DNA of 29,653 nt from Candidatus Dojkabacteria bacterium UBA3081 (GTDB lineage Bacteria; Patescibacteriota; Dojkabacteria; SC72). Position 1 is the stretch's first letter, and every line of letters begins with the position of its first letter. The notes beneath the pieces are model-generated. The model searched no databases. It had not been told where the DNA came from and saw only the letters and a program-made list of their open reading frames with translations. This document shows positions 8,418 to 16,514 of this stretch, piece by piece. The position numbers were made by a program, and so were the translations under genes. The stretch spans positions 1-29,653 of the forward strand of contig DFBL01000023.1 of NCBI GenBank assembly GCA_002366615.1, read 5' to 3'.

Positions 8418-10205
8418 ATGATAGAAATTAAAGAGCAGATATCTAAAAACCTTTTAGATATTGTAAAAGGTTTAGGTGTAGAAATAGGGGATGTAGTGGT
8501 TGAGCAGCCTAATGATTCCAGTAACGGAGATTTAACCTCCAATATTGCAATGAGAATATCTAAAGAGCTTAAATCCAACCCAATGGATGTTGCAAATAGT
8601 ATAGCTAGTAAATATCCTAAATCAGATGATATTGATAAGGTTGAAGCTGTTAAACCAGGGTTTCTTAATTTCTTCTTCTCTGAGAAATACCTGCTGGAAG
8701 TATTAGAAGAGATAAATGTAAAAGGTGATGAGTATTTTAAATTAGATGTTAAAAATGGAGAGAAATATTTAATTGAATATACTGATCCAAACCCCTTTAA
8801 AACCTTCCATATAGGTCATCTGTATACCAATATGGTAGGAGAATCATTTGCATGTCTTACACAGGCTCTAGGAGCCTGTGTTAAGAGAGTTAACTATCAA
8901 GGTGATGTAGGATTACATGTCGCTAAGACAATGTGGGGATTAGAAAAGATGCTTAATGACCAAGGTATTACTTTCGCTGAGCTATCAAACAGATCTTTGG
9001 TAGAGAGGGTTAGATATCTTGGAGATGCATATATGTTAGGTTTTAAGATATATAACGATGAGAAAGTAGAGAGTGTAATAGGAGAGATAAAGGATATTAA
9101 CTACTACCTTTTCTCTTTATACATACCATCTTTAGAAAGAAAAGAGTATTTTACACAACTTGAAGAGAGGAATATTTCAAAGATGTATAGATTGGGTAGG
9201 GAGTGGTGTTTAGAGTATTTTGAAAGGATATATGAACGAACAGGTACTAAGTTTGATAAATACTACTTTGAAAGCCAAATGGGTAAGAAAGGGTTACAGA
9301 TTGTTAAAGAGAATATGCAAGGAAAAGGAAAGGATATATTTAAAGAGAGTGAAGGCTCTGTAATTTATGAAGGAGATGAGAGTAAGGGGTTGCATACTCG
9401 AGTGTTTGTAAACAGCGAGGGGCTTCCAACATATGAGTCCAAAGAGATAGCTCTAGCTTTACAGAAGTTTGTTGACTTCTCTTTTGATAAATCTATAACG
9501 ATAACGGCCAATGAACAGTCCTCTTACTTTAAAGTAGTTTTTGATGTTCTTTCGCAATTACAACCAGAGATTGCTAGCAGGTCTTTACACTTCTCTCATG
9601 GTTTAGTAAGACTTCCTGGAGCAGAAAAGATGTCAAGTAGAAAGGGTAAAATTATAGAGGGAGAGTGGCTACTAAATGAAACAGAAAAGAGAGTAAAAGA
9701 GGCAATGGTATCAAATGGGAAATGGAGTAAAGAGGAAATAGAGGAGGTTAGTGACCTAATAGCTATGGCTGCAATCAAATACTCTTTTCTTAAAGTTACA
9801 GTTGGTAAGGATGTAGTATTTGATTTTGAAAGATCTACGACCTTTGACGGTGATACAGGCCCATATTTACTGTATGTATATGCTAGATGTAATTCAATTT
9901 TAATGGATGCTAAACAGGAAGTTAACCCGAAGGCAACTGGAGAGCTAGAGAACTGTAGTAAAGAACTTCTAAGGGTAATTAGCAACTACAAAGAGGTATT
10001 GCTAGCCTCCGCTGTTAACTACTCTCCAAGTACACTTTGTACATATCTGTTTAACTTGGGTCAGCTGTTTAATTCCTTCTACCAAAATGTAAGAGTTTTA
10101 GATTCTGACAACAGAGATTTTCTTTTGAATGTTGTAAATGCAACTGCTCAAACAATGAGACATGGTTTAAATGTACTGGGTATTAAGGTAGTAGAGAGGA
10201 TGTAA
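8418..10205 (+). CDS. argS: Arginine--tRNA ligase
   Basis: GDLTSNIAM, PGFLNF, IEYTDPNPFKTFHIGH (HIGH), KMSSRKG, GDTGPYLLYVYAR, C-terminal GLNVLGIKVVERM; TATACT 8 nt upstream. Confidence 0.97.
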   Translation: MIEIKEQISKNLLDIVKGLGVEIGDVVVEQPNDSSNGDLTSNIAMRISKELKSNPMDVANSIASKYPKSDDIDKVEAVKPGFLNFFFSEKYLLEVLEEINVKGDEYFKLDVKNGEKYLIEYTDPNPFKTFHIGHLYTNMVGESFACLTQALGACVKRVNYQGDVGLHVAKTMWGLEKMLNDQGITFAELSNRSLVERVRYLGDAYMLGFKIYNDEKVESVIGEIKDINYYLFSLYIPSLERKEYFTQLEERNISKMYRLGREWCLEYFERIYERTGTKFDKYYFESQMGKKGLQIVKENMQGKGKDIFKESEGSVIYEGDESKGLHTRVFVNSEGLPTYESKEIALALQKFVDFSFDKSITITANEQSSYFKVVFDVLSQLQPEIASRSLHFSHGLVRLPGAEKMSSRKGKIIEGEWLLNETEKRVKEAMVSNGKWSKEEIEEVSDLIAMAAIKYSFLKVTVGKDVVFDFERSTTFDGDTGPYLLYVYARCNSILMDAKQEVNPKATGELENCSKELLRVISNYKEVLLASAVNYSPSTLCTYLFNLGQLFNSFYQNVRVLDSDNRDFLLNVVNATAQTMRHGLNVLGIKVVERM

Positions 10206-10228
10206 TTAATTTCTCAATATATTTATAT

Positions 10229-10408
10229 ATGTTTTTTAAAAAATATTGGATATTTTTTATAGCCATACTATATATCCTTCTTCCAATGGATCTAATACCA
10301 GATGTAATACCTTTTTTTGGAGGAGTAGATGATTCATTAGTCCTAGTATTGGGATTAATTAAGAAGTATGTAGATTACCGTAAAAAGATAAAGAGTAACG
10401 GGGTGTAG
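10229..10408 (+). CDS. DUF1232 (YkvA-like) small membrane protein, 59 aa, absent from the ORF track
   Basis: Manual translation MFFKKYWIFFIAILYILLPMDLIPDVIPFFGGVDDSLVLVLGLIKKYVDYRKKIKSNGV* contains the Y-x-L-x-P-x-DLIPD-x-IP-x-x-G-x-x-DD signature. Confidence 0.85.
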   Translation: MFFKKYWIFFIAILYILLPMDLIPDVIPFFGGVDDSLVLVLGLIKKYVDYRKKIKSNGV

Positions 10409-10472
10409 CTCAGATGGCTAGAGCGCTACGTTCGGGACGTAGAGGTCGCTCGTTCAAGTCGAGTCACCCCGA
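10399..10472 (+). tRNA. tRNA-Pro, anticodon CGG (no encoded CCA)
   Basis: Acceptor CGGGGTG/CACCCCG, anticodon arm CTACG-TTCGGGA-CGTAG (CGG at 10433-10435), T-arm GCTCG-TTCAAGT-CGAGT. Confidence 0.95.
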
Positions 10473-10496
10473 TTCCTTTAAAGTAGTAAACAAACA

Positions 10497-11090
10497 ATGA
10501 GAAAAGAAGGACGAACAACGAAGAAGAATGATATTGAAAAACTATCTGATGCTCAGATAGTGGAGCTTGTTCTTTCAGATCTTAATGCATATAGATATAT
10601 AATTGGGAGGTATGAAGAGAAATTACTAAGATATATCCGTAGAATACTTTACGTTAACAAAGAAGATGCAGAGGATATACTTCAGGAGGTTTTTGTAAAG
10701 GCGTATAGGAATATTAATAGCTATAACAGGAAATATAAATTCTCTAGTTGGATATACAGGATAGCTCATAATGAGGCTGTTTCCTTTTTAAGAAAGAAAA
10801 ACAATAAATTTGATACAGTACAAGATGATGAGATTTTTGACAAAATACCATCAAAAAGTAACATAGAGGATGATTTTTTGACAGATTTAAAGGGACTTGA
10901 AGTAAGAAATATTTTAGAAAGATTAGAGAAGAAGTATAGGGATGTTTTAATACTAAGGTATTTTGAGCAAATGGAGTATAATGAGATATCAGATGCTCTT
11001 CGTATTCCAAGTGGTACAGTAGCATCTTTAATTAATAGAGGGAAGAAAAAGTTTAAGATATTAGTACAAAAATATGGCAAAAATATCTAA
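10497..11090 (+). CDS. ECF-type RNA polymerase sigma-70 factor
   Basis: Region 2 DAEDILQEVFVKAY...FSSWIYRIAHN; region 4 YRDVLILRYFEQMEYNEISDALRIPSGTVASLINRGK. Confidence 0.92.
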   Translation: MRKEGRTTKKNDIEKLSDAQIVELVLSDLNAYRYIIGRYEEKLLRYIRRILYVNKEDAEDILQEVFVKAYRNINSYNRKYKFSSWIYRIAHNEAVSFLRKKNNKFDTVQDDEIFDKIPSKSNIEDDFLTDLKGLEVRNILERLEKKYRDVLILRYFEQMEYNEISDALRIPSGTVASLINRGKKKFKILVQKYGKNI

Positions 11091-11796
11091 CAGAATACTT
11101 GAAAAAATAGAGAAAGAGGATATTAAACCAATTGGTAAGTGGAGCTTTGTATTAAAAAACTCAATACTATGGACTCTCTTTGTATTGAATATCATATTTG
11201 GAAGTGTTGGATTTGCACTATCAATATATCTCTTTGAATCTAGTGATATATTAAATCTAGTGCTCTCTGTAAATGATTTTTTGGAGTTGCTTATACTAGC
11301 TATACCTACAATATGGTTAATACTTACAATTTTGTTTGTAGTAGTAGGATATCTTAACTTTAGATATACTGATAGGGGATACAAGATCTCCTTTCTTAAA
11401 CTACTTTTGATAAATATATCCACTATTATACTTTTAGGTATAGGGATACACTCTCTAGGTGTGCCTAAAAATGTAAATAAGTTGCTAGCAGAGAGAATAC
11501 CTTCTTACAGTGAGTTAACAGATCCAAGGTACAAAGTATGGAGCAGACCTGAGCAAGGGTATCTCTCAGGTAGTATATCTTCACTTGAAGAGAATGATAA
11601 ATTAATACTTAAAAGTTTTAACAATACTGTTTGGAGAATAGATGTATCTTCTGCAGTGGTAAGAAGGGCTGTTAATTTGGTTAAAGGAGAGAAGATAAAG
11701 GTTAGGGGTAATACTGTTGGAGAGGGTCTCTTTAAAGCTTCTGAGATACTTCCTTGGGAGGGTAGAGGAAGAAAAATGCAAGAAATTTATCAATAA
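11074..11796 (+). CDS. Multi-TM membrane protein with C-terminal OB-fold-like domain; probable anti-sigma factor
   Basis: Overlaps the sigma stop by 17 nt; short charged N-terminus, about three hydrophobic helices, beta-rich tail (GYLSGSI...WRIDV...GEKIKVRG...FKASEI). Confidence 0.6.
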   Translation: MAKISNRILEKIEKEDIKPIGKWSFVLKNSILWTLFVLNIIFGSVGFALSIYLFESSDILNLVLSVNDFLELLILAIPTIWLILTILFVVVGYLNFRYTDRGYKISFLKLLLINISTIILLGIGIHSLGVPKNVNKLLAERIPSYSELTDPRYKVWSRPEQGYLSGSISSLEENDKLILKSFNNTVWRIDVSSAVVRRAVNLVKGEKIKVRGNTVGEGLFKASEILPWEGRGRKMQEIYQ

Positions 11797-11904
11797 ATAC
11801 GTAATACTAAGTAGAGAGGTAATTTATTCTCTTTGTAGATATATTTTTGTAGAGATATATATCTACTGTTCTCTACATATACTTAATTTATTACAACAAG
11901 TAAC

Positions 11905-12312
11905 ATGAAGAACAAAGGAATTATACTAGGAACCTTAGCAGTAGCTCTTTTAGGAGTAATAGCGTTTACTACAACAAAGGCTGATGCTTACAGAGGTGAC
12001 TATACAAAAGTAGGTCCTAACCATACTGAGGAAAGAGAAGCTCAGATGGAGGAGGTTTTTGAAAGCAAGAACTTTGAGGACTGGAAAGCTCTTATGCAAG
12101 AGGATGGAAGAACTCCTGGAGTATTAAGGCATATCGAAAGCCAAGAAGATTTTGAGGCTTTTGTACAGGCTAGAGAATTAGCTAAGGAAGGAAATATAGA
12201 GGAAGCTAATCAAATTAGAGAGGAGTTAGGTATGGGTCAGGGAGGAATGAAGAGAGGAAATGGTCAGGGAAATGGAAACGGATCTATGATGAGAGATGGT
12301 AGTTGTAATTGA
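11905..12312 (+). CDS. Secreted helical protein with Gly/Met-rich tail (Spy/CpxP/ZraP-like by architecture)
   Basis: Signal peptide ending A-D-A, Glu-rich helical core, tail GMGQGGMKRGNGQGNGNGSMM; followed by a terminator hairpin. Confidence 0.6.
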   Translation: MKNKGIILGTLAVALLGVIAFTTTKADAYRGDYTKVGPNHTEEREAQMEEVFESKNFEDWKALMQEDGRTPGVLRHIESQEDFEAFVQARELAKEGNIEEANQIREELGMGQGGMKRGNGQGNGNGSMMRDGSCN

Positions 12313-12335
12313 TAACTAAACTAATCTCAATATTG

Positions 12336-12365
12336 AGGGCCTCCTTAGCGAGGCCCTTTCTATTA
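12336..12365 (+). terminator. Rho-independent terminator
   Basis: Perfect 8-bp stem AGGGCCTC/GAGGCCCT with 6-nt loop, followed by TTCTATTA; lies between convergent genes. Confidence 0.8.
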
Positions 12366-12382
12366 ATACTTTCCAGAGGGTT

Positions 12383-13387
12383 CTAACACTTATTACTATC
12401 GACTGCTAGCTGTCCACATGCGCCCTTAATATCCCCACCTTGTGATTTTCGTATAGTACAATTGATACCATTGTTTAGGAGAATCATCTGGAATGTTTTA
12501 ATATTATCTGATTTTTTAAAAGGTAAACATCCAACTTCATTGTAATTAATTAGATTAACTAGTGCTAATCTACCTTTTAGTAAATTTGCAAGCTCTATAG
12601 CATTTCCAACAGAATCATTTACCCCCTTAAGCAGGACATACTCATAAGTAATTCTCTTGTTACTGTTTTGTGTATACTCATCTAATACCTTAAAAAGATC
12701 TTTTAGAGTATTACTTTTTGATACTTTAGGCATTAACATATCTCTTAGTTTTTGGTTAGGTGCATGTAAGCTTATAGCGATTTTTACACCGTAATTTTTG
12801 TCTAAAAAGGTCTTTAAATTTTGTACATAGCCTGAAGTAGACAGTGTTGCACGCCTTTTCCCAAATGCAAGTCTATCCTTGTCTAGAATAGTCTCAATTG
12901 AGTATGAAACACTTTCTAAGTTGAGTAGTGGCTCTCCCATGCCCATGTATACAATATTGGATATCTTTTCATTCTTTGTTCTCAATTTCCTCCCAAAGTA
13001 AAGGATTTGATCGATAATTTGTTGGCTGTCTAGAGACTCATTAAGACCCATTTGACCTGTAGCACAAAATATACAACCAACAGGACAGCCACTCATACAG
13101 CTAACACATACAGTATTTCTTCCTTTTACTTTCATTAATACACTTTCTACAAAGTTTCCCTTCTCTGTTTTAAAAAGTACTTTTTCTGTTTTTCTATTTT
13201 TTGATATGTTGCTTTCCTGATGAATTAGTTTAGAGAAGGCAATTTCTTTCTTTAATTTTTCCCTTAAATCCTTAGGCCATGTGGTTAGTTCATCCCAAGA
13301 GGAAAGGTATTCTTTGTAATACTTCTGATTGAATTGATCAATTCTGTACTTTTCTATACTATATTTCTTTGCAAATTCTTCTATCAT
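12383..13387 (-). CDS. rlmN: Radical SAM 23S rRNA/tRNA adenine C2-methyltransferase RlmN
   Basis: ESVLM, CPVGCIFCATG (CxxxCxxC), MGMGEPL, AISLHAP, ITYEYVLL, GACGQL; TATAAT 8 nt upstream on the minus strand (13396-13401). Confidence 0.9.
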   Translation of the reverse strand: MIEEFAKKYSIEKYRIDQFNQKYYKEYLSSWDELTTWPKDLREKLKKEIAFSKLIHQESNISKNRKTEKVLFKTEKGNFVESVLMKVKGRNTVCVSCMSGCPVGCIFCATGQMGLNESLDSQQIIDQILYFGRKLRTKNEKISNIVYMGMGEPLLNLESVSYSIETILDKDRLAFGKRRATLSTSGYVQNLKTFLDKNYGVKIAISLHAPNQKLRDMLMPKVSKSNTLKDLFKVLDEYTQNSNKRITYEYVLLKGVNDSVGNAIELANLLKGRLALVNLINYNEVGCLPFKKSDNIKTFQMILLNNGINCTIRKSQGGDIKGACGQLAVDSNKC

Positions 13388-13425
13388 AGACTACAATTAT
13401 ACTACTAAATTAATACTTACTGCTC

Positions 13426-14796
13426 ATGGCTGTACAATTTAATTATGTTGCTCCTAAAGGTTGGAAACCAAAGAATGCTGATAGGGACTATTTAATTACC
13501 TATTTAGATATTGAATTAGCAGATGGAATTCCAGAAGATAAATTTGAGGATGCTGTAGCTAGTTGTGCTGCAGAAAGCTCTACTGGTACTTGGACAAAGG
13601 TATTTTCTGGTAAAAATTCTGGAGTAAAGCTTGCTGATAAATTAAAAGCTATAGCATATGATTTAGATCCTAAAACAAAAACCTTTAAAATAGCGTATAA
13701 GAGGGAGATATTTGAAGAAGGAAATATGTCGGGACTTTTAGCTGGGATTGCTGGAAACATAGATAGTATGAAGATGTTAAAAGCATTCAGACTAATAGAT
13801 GTCCGATTCCCTGAAAGTATTGTAAAGAGTTTCCCTGGACCACAATTTGGTATTGATGGTGTTAGGAAGTTTATGCAGATTGAAAGTGGTCCACTGATGT
13901 GTACCGTAGCTAAACCAAAAATTGGAAGGACTGCTAAAGAACAGGCTGCTTTAGCTAAGATTCTCTTTACAGCTGCAAAAGGAGAGTATCAAGGTATTAA
14001 GGATGATGAGAATTTAACTAGCTTGTATTTTAATCAGTTTGAGAATAGATGTAGAAGAGTACATAAGGTGAGAAGAGATATTGAAAGGAAGACTGGTAAG
14101 AGAAAGATGTTTTTGTGTAATACTACACACTCCGATATGGATATAATGCTGGAAAGAGCAGATATGATTAAGGAGCAGGGTGGTAGGTGGATGATGATGG
14201 ATGTTGTAACTACTGGTTTTACAGCTGTACAGACCGTAAGAAATCAGAATCCTGGACTAGCAATACATGCACATAGGGCAATGCATGGACTTTTAGATAG
14301 GGAATCTGGGCCCGGAGTGTATGATAAGAGAGAGATAATGGACTTCTCTATGTCTATGGTCGTTATCGCAAAAATCATGCGTTTACTAGGCGTAGATTCT
14401 CTTCATGGGGGTGCACCTAAGACAAAGATGGAGAATTACAATGAACCGAAATTAATACAAGAAGCATTGCAGTCAGCTGTTACCCCTCAAGGTCCTATGA
14501 CACTAGGGCAGAATTGGTTTGGGATGAAAGGAGTTTGGCATACTGCTTCAGGTGGTTTACATTCCGGCTCTATTGGTGAGTCTATTAAGAAATTAGGAGA
14601 GGATATCATTTTACAGGCTGGAGGAGGAGTATTAGGTCATCCATGGGGAATAGAGGCGGGAGTAGAAGCTATGGTTCAAGCTAGAGATATTGCTATGAAA
14701 AGGTTGGATATAGAGGTTTGGATAAAGAATAACCCAGATAGTGCACTTGCTAAAGCTTCATCTCATTGGGGCTTTGGTCCTAAGATTGTATATTAG
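13426..14796 (+). CDS. rbcL: RuBisCO large subunit, form III-like (no small subunit)
   Basis: AAESSTGTW, AGN, KPKIG, KDDEN, HAHRAMHG, LHGG...KME, ASGGLH, QAGGGVLGHPWG: the canonical active-site set is present. Confidence 0.9.
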   Translation: MAVQFNYVAPKGWKPKNADRDYLITYLDIELADGIPEDKFEDAVASCAAESSTGTWTKVFSGKNSGVKLADKLKAIAYDLDPKTKTFKIAYKREIFEEGNMSGLLAGIAGNIDSMKMLKAFRLIDVRFPESIVKSFPGPQFGIDGVRKFMQIESGPLMCTVAKPKIGRTAKEQAALAKILFTAAKGEYQGIKDDENLTSLYFNQFENRCRRVHKVRRDIERKTGKRKMFLCNTTHSDMDIMLERADMIKEQGGRWMMMDVVTTGFTAVQTVRNQNPGLAIHAHRAMHGLLDRESGPGVYDKREIMDFSMSMVVIAKIMRLLGVDSLHGGAPKTKMENYNEPKLIQEALQSAVTPQGPMTLGQNWFGMKGVWHTASGGLHSGSIGESIKKLGEDIILQAGGGVLGHPWGIEAGVEAMVQARDIAMKRLDIEVWIKNNPDSALAKASSHWGFGPKIVY

Positions 14797-14821
14797 TAAA
14801 AAAGTGTAGTAGAATACTCTT

Positions 14822-16288
14822 ATGTCAAACAAAGGTATAACTTCAAGAAGTGAAAGTTACTCTCAGTGGTATCTTGATATCATTGATAGAGCACAATTAG
14901 CTGAGAATTCATCTGTTAGAGGATGTATGGTTATTAAACCTTACGGTTATGCTATATGGGAGAATATTCAAAGAGAGCTTGATTTAAGGATAAAGGAGAT
15001 GGGAGTTAGTAATGCATATTTCCCGTTATTCATACCAAAATCCTTTCTTTCGAAAGAGGCTAGTCATGTTAAAGGTTTTGCAAAAGAGTGTGCAATAGTC
15101 ACTCATTACAGATTAAAAGAGACCAAGGATGGAATGGGGGTAGAGGTTGATCCAGAAGCAAAATTAGAAGATGAACTTATCGTACGACCAACCTCAGAAA
15201 CAATTATGTATGATACATTTTCTAGATGGATTGAGTCATGGAGAGATCTACCATTAAAGATCAATCAGTGGGCTAATATTGTTAGATGGGAGAGGAGAAC
15301 CAGACTTTTCCTAAGGACAACGGAATTTTTGTGGCAGGAAGGTCACACCGTTCATGAGAGTCATGAAGAGTCTAAAAAACAGGTAATAGAGGCATTAGAA
15401 ATGTATAAGAGATTTGCAAGAGAGGTTCTCGCATTGGAAATGTATGGGGGCAAGAAATCTGAATCAGAAAAGTTCGCAGGAGCAGTAGATACATATGGAG
15501 TAGAGGCTTTGATGCAAGATGGGAAGGCTTTGCAATTTGGAACTTCACATGATTTGGGTCAGAATTTTGCTAAGGTATTTAATATTAAATATATAAACAA
15601 GAATGGAGAGCTAGAGTATCCATGGCAGACAAGTTGGGGAGTGAGTACTAGGATGATGGGGGCCATAGTTATGTCTCATAGTGATGATTTAGGGCTTGTC
15701 CTTCCTCCTATAATTGCACCTATAAAGGTCGTGATAATTCCAATTTACAAAGAGGGAAATAAAGATAAAGTTATGGAGTTTGTTAAAGATGTAGAAAGCA
15801 AACTATCCACAGTAGTTGATAGGGTACATCTAGATGAGAGAGACTTTGTATCTGTTGGTTTTAAATTTAATGAATGGGAGAAGAAGGGTGTGCCAGTTAG
15901 AATTGAGATAGGGGAGAGAGACTTAGAAAAGAAAATGGTTACTATAGTAAGAAGAGATACAAACGAAAAGGAAGAGATTAGTGTTAATAGTATAGGAAAC
16001 GATATTAAAATTATCTTAGATAATATACAATCGGAGCTTCTTAAAAGATCTCAAAAAATACTAGAGGAGGGTACTACGCAAGTATCATCATATAAAGAGT
16101 TCAAAGACATTCTAAAGGGGAAGAAAGGTTTTCTTAAAGCATATTGGTGTGGTAGTAAGGAGTGTGAAGATGCTATTAAGTATGAGACAAAGGCTACAAA
16201 TAGGTGCTTTTCTAAAACAGGCAAAGGTAATTGTATATATTGTGGCAAAGAGAGTGATAAAGAGTGGGTATTTGCGATGTGCTATTAG
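14822..16288 (+). CDS. proS: Proline--tRNA ligase, archaeal/eukaryote-like type
   Basis: VRGCMVIKPYG, VRPTSET, NQWANIVRWE, FLRTTEFLWQEGHT, QTSWGVSTR, C-terminal Cys cluster and terminal Tyr; no INS editing domain; TAGAAT 6 nt upstream. Confidence 0.96.
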   Translation: MSNKGITSRSESYSQWYLDIIDRAQLAENSSVRGCMVIKPYGYAIWENIQRELDLRIKEMGVSNAYFPLFIPKSFLSKEASHVKGFAKECAIVTHYRLKETKDGMGVEVDPEAKLEDELIVRPTSETIMYDTFSRWIESWRDLPLKINQWANIVRWERRTRLFLRTTEFLWQEGHTVHESHEESKKQVIEALEMYKRFAREVLALEMYGGKKSESEKFAGAVDTYGVEALMQDGKALQFGTSHDLGQNFAKVFNIKYINKNGELEYPWQTSWGVSTRMMGAIVMSHSDDLGLVLPPIIAPIKVVIIPIYKEGNKDKVMEFVKDVESKLSTVVDRVHLDERDFVSVGFKFNEWEKKGVPVRIEIGERDLEKKMVTIVRRDTNEKEEISVNSIGNDIKIILDNIQSELLKRSQKILEEGTTQVSSYKEFKDILKGKKGFLKAYWCGSKECEDAIKYETKATNRCFSKTGKGNCIYCGKESDKEWVFAMCY

Positions 16289-16514
16289 TGAAACACGAAG
16301 AAATTTTCATTTTCCCTAACTTACTACTTTGACAAAAGTATGTGTTCTATATTTTTAAATATTTGAACATCAATTTCTTAATGTGTTTCTAAGTTGGATT
16401 TTTTAAGCGTATATATGTTTTGAACTACATGGTGTATGGGTGAGTTGATTTGGGGGTGTTGGGAATTGTATAGAGAAGTTTCACCACCAGTATAGGAATT
16501 TGGGAAAGAGTGTT

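Noticed and set aside
11777-11803. SigW/SigM-like promoter TGCAAG-N17-CGTA upstream of the secreted protein
   Set aside because: Lacks the conserved AAC of ECF -35 elements and partly lies in coding sequence; too weak without orthologs.
10399-12365. ECF module as an island integrated at tRNA-Pro
   Set aside because: No integrase, and I found no duplicated tRNA 3' end (att site) downstream.
12383-13387. Possible Cfr-type resistance methyltransferase (N-terminal KYRIDQ resembles Cfr)
   Set aside because: Diagnostic motifs are RlmN-like (MGMGEPL, AISLHAP) rather than Cfr-like (MGMGEAL, SLHSP); a phylogeny would settle it.
13426-14796. Calvin-cycle autotrophy or a form IV RuBisCO-like protein
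   Set aside because: No rbcS, cbbX/Q/O or PRK nearby argues against a cbb operon, while the intact catalytic residue set argues against form IV.
16329-16353. TTGACA followed by TATATT as a sigma70 promoter
   Set aside because: The 13-nt spacing is too short and no downstream gene is evident.
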